From Camelus dromedarius (taxonomy: Eukaryota), in the NCBI RefSeq assembly GCF_036321535.1, contig NC_087436.1, forward strand, positions 122,080,001 to 122,144,000: a stretch of 64,000 bases of DNA. The letters run 5' to 3'. Positions 24,436-38,000 of the stretch are shown here, one piece after another (the first letter of the stretch is position 1; each line of letters starts with the position of its first letter). A model generated the notes under the pieces. That model made no database searches. It had not been told where the DNA came from and saw only the letters and a list, made by a program, of their open reading frames with translations. The translations under genes and the position numbers were made by a program.

Positions 24436-25004
24436 GTAAGTTTTAGTTTTTATAGTCCTCCAAATTTAACTCTCCAACAGCGGTTTCTCTTGGGGATGGG
24501 AGCACGGTGAGGGCTGCCGTGTTGCACCACTTGGGTCGCACGGCTGCAGCGCGCCACCCGTGCGGCCACACGCCCTAAGCCCGAGGAGGCACTTTCCCTC
24601 AGTGTTTTAGATTATTTGGATTTTTTAAGTGTATATTACTTTTGTACTTTAAAACAGGGAAGAAGTAACTTGTGCGGCATGGGCAGTTGAGATTTGCTGC
24701 TGCCACAAATAGCTCATAAACTTTCTAAGAATTAAAGTCCAGAGTAGTTAACATCAAAACAATATAAAACATATTTTCATCTTTCATTTAAAATTATGAA
24801 GAAGATTTTTATAATCTTTTTTACTAGACGGATATGTAATAAAACAAAAGTAGAAAAATGTTCATTGTAGACTCTAGCGCTGGATATATGAGTGTTCACT
24901 GTACAGTTCTTTTCAAATTGTCTGAATGTTTGAAAATATTTGCAATAAGCTGTTGGAAAAAAATCTTTTTTTGGTACAAAATTTCCAACATATACAAAAG
25001 TACC

Positions 25005-25760
25005 TGTGATATAATAAGAATATATATTGGGTCTTTGTCCCTGATTCCTGCACGCAGCTCCTAAAACCCTTGTAATCTCCATACTGACGAATGTCTTTTG
25101 TAGCTAATGAGAGGACTGATGGCTGGGGCCCCTAGAGAGCTTCAGGGTGAGGGTAGTCAGCAGAAAGAGGCGGTAGGTGGCCTTACTAGAGGATTGGCAC
25201 TTTCAGCCCCACCGTGACCTCCAGGAAGCGGAGAGGGGCTGAGAGCAAGCTAATTAATCACTGGTGGCCAACGACCTGATGGACCACACCCATGTAATGA
25301 AGCCTCCATAAAACCCTGTAAATGGCAGGATTCTAGGGTGCTGGGAGGTGGGGCTGCCTGGAGAAGGCGTGGAAGTTCTGCCCCCTCCCCACGCCCTGCC
25401 CTCCGCATCTCTTCCAGCTGGCTGCTCCAGAGTGGTAGCCTTTAGAGTAAACAGGTGTCAGCAAGGCGGTGCTTTCCCGAGTTCTGTGAGCTGTTACAGC
25501 GGATTAGGGAACCCCTGATTTACAGCTGGTCGGCGGGAAGTGCAGGAGGCCGGGGACTCGGGCCTAGTGCCCAAGGTGAGGCTGTCTGTGGGGCTGAGCC
25601 TCACCCTGCAGGGTCTGCACTGACGCCGGGCAGTTAAGTGTCAGAACTGAATCGAATTGTCGGACACCCAGCTGGTGTCTGCAGAGAACTGGAGGCGTGT
25701 GTGCGGTGGGGAAAACCCACACGTTCGGTGTGAGAGGTGGTGTTGGAAAACACGAGTACA
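25005..25760 (+). mobile_element. MER21-like LTR
   Basis: Starts tgtgatataataagaatatatattgggtctttgtccc. Contains gtgtcagaactgaatcgaattgtcggacacccagctggtgtc and gggaaaacccacac, typical of MER21. Confidence 0.8.
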
Positions 25761-26013
25761 CATCGCCCAGTTTTACCAGTTACCAACTTACATCTGGCCT
25801 TCTTTCCCCTGTAACTCCCCACTTTTCCAAGCCTTCATCCCGTGGGTTATTTTGTAGCAAATCCCAGCTTCCTGTTGTTATTACGCAAATATGTCAATTA
25901 GATGATTGAAGCCTGAGGGCTCCATTTTTCTGGTGGTGCTGTCACCTCCCCCGGGTCAGCAACGGTCTTCCCGTGTTATCAGCTATCTAGTCAGTGTCTG
26001 CACTTCCGCCGTC

Positions 26014-26128
26014 GGGGGACGTAATTAGGTTTATTTGTTTTTTAATGGAGGCGCTGGGGATTGAACCTAGGATGCTGTGCATGCTAAGCAGGTACAGCTC
26101 TAGCACTGGGCTCTACCTTGCCCTCCCA
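26014..26128 (-). mobile_element. tRNA-derived SINE (Vic-1-like)
   Basis: gtaattaggtttattt...ggggattgaacctagga...gtgcatgctaagca. Confidence 0.85.
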
Positions 26129-28234
26129 ATTGTCTCTAAATATTTTTGGTTTTGTTTCTTACAGTTTGTTTGAATTGAGATGCGAGCAAGGGTGCCATTC
26201 CACACTTGGCTGGGTGGGTGTGGCACAGCTCCTGAGCCGCTCACTCTGTGCACCCTCCCCCTCTGTTGTATCTCCTTGCGAGCATTTCACCACTGCTGGT
26301 GGATCAGGCTGTTTGTCCTGCAGGATTTCCCCATCTTGTCATTTAACATGTCCTCCCTCTTCTCTTGGTGGCAGTGAGACCGGGGGCCCCATCAGATTCA
26401 GGCCAGGCTTTGGGAGGGCAAGACTGCCCCCGAGTCCTGGCCCTGACTCTGAGTGGTGGTGTGGCCTTCTGTCAGGAAGCACGTAAGCAACCTTAGGATT
26501 CAGATTTGTATCTTAATCTGTGGTTGTTTATCTTTTGTGTGATGTTGGAACGTTTTTGTGATTTCCTATGTTGACGTTTCTCCATCTTTCTTATTTATCA
26601 CTTTATCTAGAATCTGCTTTCAATCTCTTCATTTGTTTTTTATTTAAAATAATTTCCTCTCTTCTATCTTCTTTTAAAAAAAGAAACTTAAGGCATTGTC
26701 TGTTGCATTTATTTGCTTTTGTGTATTCCCAGTTTAGTTTTTATTTCAGAATGTTTTTTGTTTGTTTTACTTTGCTTTCCTGAATTCTTTCATTTCTTTG
26801 TTAAGTTTCTCTTTTACTAAGTCAGCTAATCTCTAAGTATTTCTAATTCTGATTTCTTTACTTTTCATAATTTCTATCAATTCCTTAACTTTTCTTTTCT
26901 AGCTACTGCCTTTCTCCCAGCATGGGGCTTGTCCTGAAGGCTTTGGTTTTTTAGTTACAAGAGTGTGTAGGGACCAGCCCCGAGACCATTGCAGCACTGT
27001 CAGACCTTCCCCATGGATTTTCAAAAATATATATTGATTAGAACCCTTAATTTTGGAGCATTAGAGCTTTGAAAAGGCAAGTAGAATGAAGTAGCCCGGT
27101 TGGGTCAGTTAGTAGTAGCAGAGGAGTTATGCCGGTCGGGATGGTTGACCAGGGCGGCAGGCAGAGTGCCTGCCAACCCCGTCACCCCAAGTTCCAAGAG
27201 TTTTAAATCTGCCTCTGCAGGGGCTTCCTGGAGAGCGATGCCGTGGCTGCTCTGGTGAATGTGAATCTCTTAGACCGGCGTAATTTAGAGGCGCCGGAAA
27301 GGGTAGCATCGAGTGGGACGTGATCTAGGGCTGCAGCTGAATGTAAAGGCAGACTCCATGTTTTGTACAGCGCACTTCAGAATGTTAAAGTAGCTCCCAA
27401 AAGCCATCTTAGGATTCAGCTTTGTCTCTTAATCTATCAGCCGCCCTATCCTTTTATAACTCCCTCTCCTTGTCCGCAGTTCTCAGGTATTTAGTAAATA
27501 TCATCTTTATTTTTAAAAAGCACCTTCATATGTGCCCTGTGGGTACTTACAGGAATCTTTCTTCTTGGTTTCCAGATGAGAAGGCAAGCACTTAAGGGCT
27601 GCAGTGGCCTCCCGGGCCTGTGGGGGTGGCTTGCCCCTGAGCTCCCTTCACACCTAGCTGTCTCACAGGATTTTCTCACGCAGGGTGACTGCCCTGAACG
27701 CCAGCATCTTCACCCTCGCTCCCGCCCTCCCACCCCCACTGTATGCTCAGGGGCTCCCTCAGGCCTCCTTCCATTCACAGAACTTAGGCCCTGAGCAGCC
27801 AGCGCATCACAGGACTGGGAGCTGGGGAGGCAGCCAGGCAGGAGGGTGGGGAAGGGGCCAGGTCGGGGAGAGGTGCGTAGGGCAGAGAAAGGCTCGGGAG
27901 CGGAGAAAAGTGGGCAAGAGAAGGCAAGGAGTGTGGGGCTGAGGGTTCCGACCTTCAGCTCTTCATGCTTTGAGAGATCCAAATTCCCAGGCAGTTTGGG
28001 ATGCATTCCCCATGGAGGTTGGCTGTGTGGGACCTGGGTTTGTGGAGGCCACTCTTACCCAAGGTTCCACATTCTTTAGGAATGACGGAGCATCACTCAG
28101 GTACTTAGCTCTGTGGTTTGAGGGGAGGGTAACTCCATAGTTACTGATTTGAACCTTAAGAACCTTGTTACAGAAGGGAAAAGAGCAATTTATTCATTGT
28201 TCTTAGAATGATTAAACGACCTCTTTCTCTATAG

Positions 28235-28392
28235 TTGCTGACTTTGTAGGGCTAGATCCCAGAATTGCTGCATGGCTTATAGACCCTAGTGATGCTGCAC
28301 CTTCTTTTGAAGATTTAGTGGCAAAACACTTTGGAAACTCCGTCGCAGTTGAAGTGAACAACACATACGGAAATTCCTCAAGAGACACTGTG
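28235..28392 (+). CDS. POLN: POLN coding exon 6 (158 nt)
   Basis: ctctatag|TT...GTG|gtgagt. Reads [53 protein letters not shown], with the family A exonuclease-like [11 protein letters not shown] motif. Confidence 0.94.
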
Positions 28393-30012
28393 GTGAGTTG
28401 TTTTAAGATAAGGCTTATCAGCCGTAATACAAGCCTGATTTTTCTCTAGGGGCTTTTTCTACTTCATAGACTGACCAGTAGTAAAAAGAACATTGCTGAC
28501 ATTCGTTTTTACTTATACGGCAGAAATGCTTTTTAACCCTGACATTTCGGGTTGAGGATATGGAGTGAGGACAGGTAATTTCTGTCCCTTTGTGAGGTTG
28601 TTCCTGGGAGATGCCATTCATAGTGTGATTCTTCTAAATGTATTCTTTGGTGTCAGAGAGTCACCTGCTGCTTGTTCATGAGTTCTTCATGCTGGTGACA
28701 TGGCTGCCATGGCCCAGGCCTGGGATGGCCACTCCTCAATCCACGTGGGGAGAACTGTAGAAGCTGTCCCAGGTCTGTCTCTGCAAGCCCTCTTTCTGGA
28801 GATGCACCGACTGTTAGGAGCCACTGTCTGGAGGAGCAGGGGTGCTTGCAGCCCTGGAACGCTGCCTGGAGCTCAGTGGGGGAGACCTGACAGGGCCGCA
28901 CAGCAGGCCTAGGGGAGCCTCCCTGTGGGAGCCCTGCGGGCCACTGTCGGGCCACTCTGTTCAGGCTTCCTGGTTGTAAGCTGATGACTGGAGGGCCATG
29001 CAGCGTGCTGAGGGGGCGTGAGCAGGAGGCCACGTGGGCCTGCCTTGTGTGCTGGGTGCTAAGCTGGGGGCTGTTCTCTCGGGGCATTTTGTCCTACAGA
29101 CTGTCTGTGGGGAGGGGGCTGTGTCAGGTGGGGTTTGGGGTTGGAAATACACAGGAAGCGTGGTGGGCTGTGGGGCGAAGGGTCTGAGCTCCATCAAGGA
29201 GCTTGAGCTTGTCCTGGGGAAGCTTCAGAGCTGGGGAACTGTTTAGAGTAGGAGTCGCATGGCCCCTTTGTCATGCAGAAGGGCCTCCAGGCAGCAGAGT
29301 GGCAGTCTGCCAGGCACAGCCAGAAAGGCCACGTGGATGTCTCATGGTGCCTTCCAGCTCGTGGTTCCCAGGAGAGCCAAGCCCAGGATGGCTGCAAGAC
29401 AAACCCAAGGTGTGCAGCCAGCGCCTGCTCTTGGTGGGGGTTGTCTCTGACACTGAATCTGGCCCGCCTGGAGTCTGGGGAGTCGTTCGGCAGAGTGAGG
29501 TGTTCAGTGGGGGACACCAGGGCTCTGGGCAGGGGAGGGACAATTAGACAGAGTGTCGGGGCCATGGCTCATCCACTGCGCTCTTTGTCAGTTAAACACA
29601 GACCCTGTTATCCACCTCCCAGGGTCTCTGTGTCGTCTGGGGCGAGGATGGGCAGTGAGTGTGAGTGAGGCTTGTGGCTCTGAGACTCGCTTGGGTGGAG
29701 GAAGTGGGCCAGGAGGCCAGGTCTGTGTCCCCCCGGCTCTACCACCTTGTGATCTTTATGTCTTGGACATTTAGCTTCATTGTGGTTCATTTCCTGTAAA
29801 GTGAGGAGAATTGGGTTGGGGAGAAAGTGTTGAGCAACAGGCAGCTTGAGTTTGCCGACAGGTGCCTTCCCTAGCATGGGAACCGCCCCACTTGCGGTGG
29901 TTGGTGGCGCCACCTGCTGTGTGATACCCGCCGCGGGACACTGGCACTTCCTAGGCTGTGATGAACGTTGCTGCTACATTTGCCTAATTTTTAATTCTTT
30001 TATCTTTTAAAG

Positions 30013-30081
30013 AATCAGAATGTATGTGCCAACCTGAGGGTGCTCCACAGACTCACGATGGGCCTCTGTTCTCAGCTGAAG
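30013..30081 (+). CDS. POLN: POLN coding exon 7 (69 nt, GC donor)
   Basis: cttttaaag|AAT...AAG|gcaagc. Reads NQNVCANLRVLHRLTMGLCSQLK. Confidence 0.88.
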
Positions 30082-31233
30082 GCAAGCATTTCAGTACAAC
30101 TCCCAGTTAGCTGCGCCCTCGCCCCCTGTCCCAGAGCTGCCCTCACTCACGTCCAGACTCATGGGAAGCAACGTCCTCAGGAAATGAAAATTCCTAGGCC
30201 AGGTTGATCTACGCACACTCATAAAAGGATAGTCCAGATGATAAGACCTGAAGTTTTTGAAATGTTTTCTATAAATTGACAACAATTGTAACATTTTAAA
30301 AAAGACTCTGGATCAACTGGAACATTTCTAATGCTGCAGTTAACATAAAAGCTAAGAGTTTATTTCAGTTAATAGTGACGTGGACACATCTCCACTCAGA
30401 GTCTCACTGGGAAGCAGAGGTCATTTGAAGGAAGAATCGAGAAGTGTTGAGTGAAGGGGCTGGCTACCAAGACAAGGGCTGGGGTAAGAGAGCCAGCAAA
30501 GAATGCAGTGGCCTCCAGGGACAGGCACCGGAAGCTGTGGCTACAGGCTGAGGACCACAGCTGGCAGTGCACTGTGGCTGGTGGGCAGGGGGAGCCCACT
30601 TCAGTCTCCCCCTGCCCCCAGATGGGTAAAACCAGCCCGAGAGCAGGGAAGGAGCCCAGGCATGCGGCCTGGAGGGCGTCAGCCCTTCCTCTAGGGCCAG
30701 GAGCAGGGCAGAGCGTGGGTCTGAGGGCACAGCAGAGGAGCAGATGGGACCAAGGACCCTTCAGATGGAAACTCTGAGAGAGCATGGGAGATGGTCTGAG
30801 CAGATGGAGACGTGGTGCGTGGTTCTGGAGGAGGTGACCTTCACTTCTCCCCACAATAATTTATAAAGTCTATGCAAAATCAGCGAAAACTCTAGTTAAA
30901 TTTTTGAGAATTCAGTAAACTTATTTTGAAATTAAAACAGGAAACTCAAAGTTCACAAATACCTAAATCACACTTAAAAGTGAGAAAGATTAAAGGAAAG
31001 TGGGAGGGGACTTGTCCTACAGATATTTCTGAATATCTCCCTCTGGGTGTGGTAATAAAATAGGACATTAGATGGAAACAAGAGTTTTATTAGGAAGGAG
31101 AACAGGGGAAGCCAACCATGTGTGCCACAGGAGTTGCCTTGATTGTAGCTCAGTGAAATTAGGTAGGCTGTTCAGCCAGTGCAGGTAGAAATAATAGCTT
31201 AAAAGTAACAGTGATATCATTTCTATCAAACAG

Positions 31234-31294
31234 GTTTATGGTTTATGGACACTGTTTTGTACTCTGGAGCTTCCTCTGATACCAGTTTTGGCAG
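31234..31294 (+). CDS. POLN: POLN coding exon 8 (61 nt)
   Basis: aaacag|GTT...GCAG|gtaagg. Reads VYGLWTLFCTLELPLIPVLA, with the family A E-x-P-L motif. Confidence 0.92.
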
Positions 31295-31949
31295 GTAAGG
31301 TCCCATAAGGATGACTTATAGTCATCTTTCTAGTGAGTTCTTTGTACTGTTTGGGAACAACTGTTTTCTCTTAGTTTGGGGTAGGTCGTGTATTGTATGG
31401 ACAATGAAGAGGTATCAAGCCCCTAACTTCCCCATCTGTGACGAGAGGGGTTGGACCACATCACCTCTTGGTCAAGAAGGACTAGAACGTTCTGACATCT
31501 GGGTCACGTGGGATCCCATCTGGGCTGCCTGTTCTGCAGTGCCCTGGCCCAGGGGCGCCTGCCCGTCTCCCGCACTCCTGAGAGCAGCGGTGCAGGGAGG
31601 AGGCCTGTCTGGATGCTTTATGTCAGTCAGCAGTTGTCTGGTCCTGCTCTGCTGGCCTTTAACCCTCCCGCTTGGTGAGAACCCCCTGGAAGGCCTGCCA
31701 CAGGCTCTCCTCTGTCTGTGCTCTGCTGGGCACCCAGGAGCGCAGAGCCTCGCCCAGCGTCCCCATGCCCACTGCCACCATTGCTGGGGCCGAACGTTCA
31801 CCCTCCTGGACAGTGCTGAGCTCGGCACGCAGCAGGCAGTTGTCATGGTCCTCACTGGGAGTGAGGCTCACTCCAGGCGCTGCAGTCTTTCACGGAAATG
31901 ATTTGTTGATGCAGTGCAGATTTCATCTCCTTTGGTTTTTGACTCACAG

Positions 31950-32014
31950 TGATGGAAAGCCACGGCATCCGGGTGAACAAAGAAGAAATGGAGAGGACTT
32001 CAGCACTTCTTGGG
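31950..32014 (+). CDS. POLN: POLN coding exon 9 (65 nt)
   Basis: ctcacag|TG...GGG|gtacat. Reads VMESHGIRVNKEEMERTSALLG. Confidence 0.92.
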
Positions 32015-35000
32015 GTACATGCTTGTGTCAGACTGTTTGTACGTGTTAGCTGAGCTGCCACCTGTGGCACTTCTAGGGTGACTTCCCTTTCCTTTGCATC
32101 CCCGTTTGCCCCGGACTGATGTTGCCACTGTTCCGCCTGTCCCTGACTCCTACAGGGGAGTGCCCCACTTTGGAAAGGTTTAAACAAGCATCATATCTGG
32201 CCGCTCCCCCATGTGGATGTGTGTGTGGTTCAGTGGATGCTCAGTGACCTCCAAACGTAGGTTCTTCTTGCAAGGACTTGCCCCGCTGTGGCTGGTGAGG
32301 GGAATTCATGGGTTTCTTGGGTTCTTTAAAAAAAGCAAAATCAAAGCTTTCTAACCGTGAAAACTACAAAATACAGAGGGGTGCATAAAAATGCATGAAA
32401 AAGATGAATTAAAATGTACCCCTTAAGTTATTTTAAAGGAAACTGGTATAATCATCCTCTAGATCAAAGCATAGAATTTCCAGAAGCCCTGTGTGCCCTT
32501 CCCTGTCAGAACCCTCTTCCTGCTGCTAAAAGTAACCCCCATCCTGACTTTTGTAGTCATTACATTGTTGCTTTTCTTCAGTTTTCTACTTCAGCGCCTA
32601 AACAGTATAGTCATCTTCCCTTTTGAAGGAACTGTAAATTAATAGTTGTGCTGCCGGCTCTCACCTGGCCTCTGCATCTCAGCCTCTAGTCCGTGTGCTG
32701 GGCGCTTAGTCCTCTGCGGCACGACCCATCCCACTGTTGACGGCATCAGGGTTGTTTCCAGTGTGCAGGCATTACAACCCATGCTGCACCCAGAGCGTGC
32801 CTCCTGGGTCCGTGGGCAAGTGCTCTTGGGGTTTGAGGCAGGGTGGGCTGCAGGGTCACTTGGTGTTGCTCGGCTCCATCAGACAAACTGAATTACCTTC
32901 CAAGTCGCACCTGCCAGAAGTGTACGGAGGGCCCTGTCATTGTGCATCCTCACCTGCATGGGCTCACAGACTCTTAATAGGGCTGTTTTGGTTAGGACAT
33001 AATGGTATCCCTTTGTGGTATTGGTTTCTATCGCCCTGATTACTAAGGAGGTTGAGTAGTTTTTCATATCATCATTGGCTATTAGGAGTTCCTGTTTGGT
33101 AAATGATCTGCTCAAAATTTTTACCCGTTTTTATATGTTGAGAGTTTTGTCTTTTGCTTACTGATTTATAGGACATCTTGATATATTCTGGTTACAAATC
33201 TGTTACCATACCTTCTCCCTTTCTGTCTTACCTTTTTACTCTCCTAATGGTGTCTTCTGATCAACAGAAGCTCTTAATTTTTAATGTAGTGCAATTTATC
33301 AATCATTTTCTTTATGGTTGGTGCTTCTTGCATCCTGTTTAAGAAACCTTTCCTTACTTCAAGCTCGTGAAGTGCTCTCATGTGTTATGTTTGAAAGCTG
33401 TTTTCATCAGCCTTTGCACTGAGGTTTATAATCCACCTGGGACTGATTTGTTTTTCTTTTTATGTATTTTTTAAATTGAGAAAGAAATTATATGCAATGA
33501 ATAGTGCAAATCTTTTTCATTTATTGTAATAAAATACACTAACAGTAAAATTTACATCTTAACCATTTGTAACTACACAGAACAGTGGTATGAAGTACAT
33601 TCACATTGTTGTGCAACCATCACCACCATCCATCCCCATAAGTACTTTGTCTTGTAAAATGGAAACTCTATAACTATTCAGCAATAACTCCCCATCTCCC
33701 CTTCTCCCAGCTTCTGGAACCGCCATTCTATTTTCTGTCTTTATGATTTTGGCTGCTCTGCTTCATGTAAGTGGAATCAAACAGTATTTGTCTGAGACCA
33801 GCTCATTTCGCTTAGCATAATGTCCTCACGGTTCATCTAGGTTGTAGCATATTGCAGAATTTTCTTCCTTTTTTGATGTTGAATAGCCATTGTGTGTTTA
33901 TAACAAATTTTTATTATCTATCCATTTGTTGATGGCTGCAACTTGGGTTGCTTCTATGTTTTAGCTATTGTGAATATGGCCTATGAATATCTCTTTGAAA
34001 TCCTGCTTTCAGTTCTTTTGAATATATACTTAGAAGTCATTTGATAAATCTTATGGTAATTTTGTTTTTAATTTTTTGAGGAACCACCATACTTTTCCCA
34101 CAGCGGGTATACCATTTTACATTCCCACCAACAGTGCACAAGGGTTCCAGTTTCTCTGTATCCTTGCTAACATTTACTGTTTCCTGGTTTTTTTTTTTTT
34201 TTGGTAGTAGCCATCCTAATGGATGTGAAGTGGTATCTCATTGTAGTTTTGATTTGCTTTTAACTAATAATTAGTGATATTGAGAATCTTTTAATGTGTT
34301 TTTTGGCCATTTGTATATCTTCTTTGGAAAAAGATGTCTATCCAGGTCCTTTGCCCATTTTTGAATTGGGTTGTTTGTTTTTTTTTTCTTGTTGTTGAAT
34401 TTCAGCAGATCTCTGTATATTCTGGATGTTAATCCCTTATCAAGATAAATGATTTTCAAATATTTTCTTCTGTTCAGTGGTTTGCCCTTTTACTCTGTTG
34501 ATAGTGCATTTTGATGCATAAAAATTTTAGATTTTCATAAAATCCAATTTTTTAATTTTTTCTTTTGTTACCTGTGCCTTTGGTATTGTATCCAGGAAAT
34601 CATTGCCAAATCCAATGTCGTAAAGCTTTTGTCCTGTTTTCTTCTAAGAGTTTTATTATTTTAGGTCTTGCATTTAGGTCCTTGATCCATTTTGAGTTAA
34701 TTTTTGTATATGGTGTTAGGTAAGGGCCCAGCTTCATTCTTCTGGATGTGAATATTCAGTTTTCCCAGCACCATTTGCTGAAAAGACTGTCCTTTCCCTA
34801 ATGAATGGTCTTGGCACCCTCATCAAAAGTCATTTGACCACATATTCAAAGGTTTATTTCTGGGCTGTCTATTCTGTTCCCTTGGTCTGTATGTCTGTCT
34901 TTATGCCAGTACCACACTATTTTGATTACTGTAGCTTTGTAGTAAGTTTTGAAAGTAGGAAGTGTAGGTCCTGCAGTTTTGGTCTCCTTTTTCAAGATTG

Positions 35001-38000
35001 TTTTTACTACTTGATGTCCCTTGAGATTCTAAATGAATTTTAGGATGGGTTTTTCTGTTTCTGAAAAAAAAATATCTTTGAGATTTTGATAGGGATTGCA
35101 CTGAATCTATAGATCACTTTGAGTAATATTGACATCTTAATATATTGCCTTACAGTCCATGAGCATGAGATGTGTTTCCATTTATTTATGTCTTTTAACA
35201 TTTCTTTCAGCAGTGTTTTGTAGTTTTCATCATATAAGTCTTTCACCTCTGTGGTTAATTTCTAAGTATTTTATTCTTTATGATGCTGTTGTGAATGAAA
35301 TTGTTTTTATTATTTCCTTTTCAAATTGTTCATGTGTAGAAGTGAAACTGATTTTTGTGTATTTCTGTGGTATCCTGCTATTTTCCTGAGTTCAAAAAGT
35401 TCTAACAGTTTTGTTTTTTTTTTTTTTGGAATCTTTAGAATTTTCTACATATAAGATCATGTCATCTGCAAACAGAGATAATTTTACTTCTTCCTTTCCA
35501 ATTTGTGTGCCTTGTATTTATTTTTCTTGCCTAATTGCTCTGGCTAGAACTTCCATACCATGTTGAATAGAAGTGGTGAAAGCAAGCATCTTTGCCTTGT
35601 TTCTGTTTCTGCCTTGTTTAGAGGAACCCCTTCCTTTTACCACTGAGTATGATGCTTGCTGTGGGTGTTTCATTTATGACTTTTACTATATTGAGGTAGT
35701 TTTGTTCCATTCCTAGTTTGCTGAGTGTTTTTATAATAAAAGCATGTCCAATATTGTCAGATGCTTTTTCTGCATCATTTGAGATGATTGTGCATTTTCC
35801 CCCCAGTCTATTCTGTTGATGTGGCATACTACACTGATTAATTTTCATATGTTGAACCATCCTTGCATTCCAGGAATAAATCCCACTTGGGCATGGTATA
35901 TAATCCTTTTAATATACTGCCGGATTCTGCTTGCTAGCATTTTGTTAAGGAATTTTCATCAGTGTTGATAAGGGATATTGATCTGTAGTCTTCTTGTAGT
36001 GTGTTTGTTTGGCTTTTTTATCCGAGTAATGCTGGCCTCATAAAATGGGATGGGAAGTGTTGCCCTCTCCATTTATTTTGAAAAGGTTGAAAAGAATTGG
36101 ATTAGTTCTTCTTTAAATGTTTGGTAGAATTCACCAGTGAAGCCATTGGGTCTAGGGCTTTTTCTGTTAGCAGATTTTTGATTACTGAATCAATCTACTT
36201 ACTAGTTACAGGTCTATTCAGTTTTTATGTTTCTCCATGATTTAGTCTTGGTAGGTTTTATGTTTCTAAAAATTTGTTTCATGTAGGTTATCCAATTTGC
36301 TGGTGTACAGTTGTTCATAGTTTGACAATCCTTTTTATTTCTTTTAAATTGATAGTAATACTTTCACTGAAATTTCTGGTTTTAGTAATTTGAGCCTTCT
36401 CTTTTTTTCTCAGCCTACCTAGATGAAGGTTTGTCAGTTTTGCTGATCTTTTCAAAGAACCAAATTTTAATTTTATTGATTTTCATTACTGTTTTTCTAT
36501 TCTCTATTTCATTTATCTCTGCTTTCATCTTTATTATTTCCTCCCTCTACTATCTTTGGCTTTAGTCTGTCCTTTTTCTAGCTCTATATTGTAAAATTAG
36601 GTTATTGAGTTCAGATCTTTCTTTTTTTTTTTAACTTTTTTTTATTGAGTTATGGTCATTTTACAATGTTGTGTCAATTTCCAGTGTAGAGCACAATTTT
36701 TCAGTTCCTTGTTTTTTAATATAAGCATTTATAGCTATAATTTTTTTCCTTAGTACTGCTTTTGCTGCATCCCGTATGCAGGTTTGTTGTGGTTTTGTTT
36801 TTGTTTTCATTCATCTCTAAGTACTTTCTAAGTTTGGTTTTCATTTCTTTTTATATCTCTTGGTTGTTTAAAAGCGTATTGTTTAATTTCTACAATTTGT
36901 GAATTTTCCAGTTTTCCTCTTGTTATTGATTTCTAACTTCAACTTCTTGTGGTCAGAGAAGATACTCTGTATGATATCTATCTTTTAAAATCTCTTGAGA
37001 CTTAATTAGTGGCCTAACATATAGTCTGTCCTGGAAAATATCCTATGTGCACTTGAGAAAAATATCCCATGTGCATGCTATTGATGGGTAGAGTGTTATG
37101 TACATGTCTGTTAGATCTAGTTGGTTTATCATTGTCTAAGTCCTCTATTTCCTTACTTATCTTCTGCTTGGTTATTCTATCCATTATTGTGAGTGGGATA
37201 TTCAAGTCTCCAACTGTTATTGTAGAACTCTCTATTTCTCCTTTCAATTCTGTAAGTTTTCCTTCATATATTTTGATGGTCTGTCATTAGGTATGTAAAT
37301 GTTTATAATTGTCGTATCTTCTTACTGTATTGAAAATATGTCATCCTGTGTCTCTTGTAACCATTTTTTATTTAAATTCTATTTTGTCTGATATTACTAT
37401 AGCCACCCCTGCTGAGTTTTGGTTACTATTTGAATAAAATATCTTTTTCCATCCTTTCCATTTCAACCTGTTTGTATCTTTGGATTTAAAGTGAGTCTTT
37501 TGCAGACAGCATATAGATAGATCATGTGTTTTTATCCATTCTGTCAATCTCTGTCTTTTGAGTGGAGAATTAATCCATTTATATTTAATTAATTAGTGGT
37601 AAGAAGTGACTCACTTTTGTTACTGTGCTATTTTTCTATATGCCTTATAAGCTTACAGCTTTTTGTCCTTCATTTCCTGCATTACTGTCTTCCTTTGTGT
37701 TTAGTTGACTTCTTGTGGTGAAATGTTTAAATTCCTTTTTCATTTCCTTTTGTGTGTGTGCTATAGCTATTTTCTTTATTGTTATCATGGGGATTACGTT
37801 TAACACTGTAAAGTTATAACAGTCTAATTTGAATTTATACCAGCCTAACTTCAATGACACACAAAAACTCTGCTTCTTTACAGCTCTGTCCCCAACCCTT
37901 CCCATTGTTGATGTCACAAAATTTCATCCTTATACATTGTGTCCTCCAAAATGTGAACTAATAATTTTTTTAATTATGTAGAAAAGAAGATTTAGAGTCA

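Noticed and set aside
28653..29913. Cluster of overlapping ORFs in a GC-rich intron
   Set aside because: The ORFs occur on both strands with low-complexity composition, no consistent splice structure and no homology.
31311..31901. 196-aa ORF, the longest in the track
   Set aside because: It lies within the intron between two well-supported POLN exons, is GC-rich, and has no recognisable domain.
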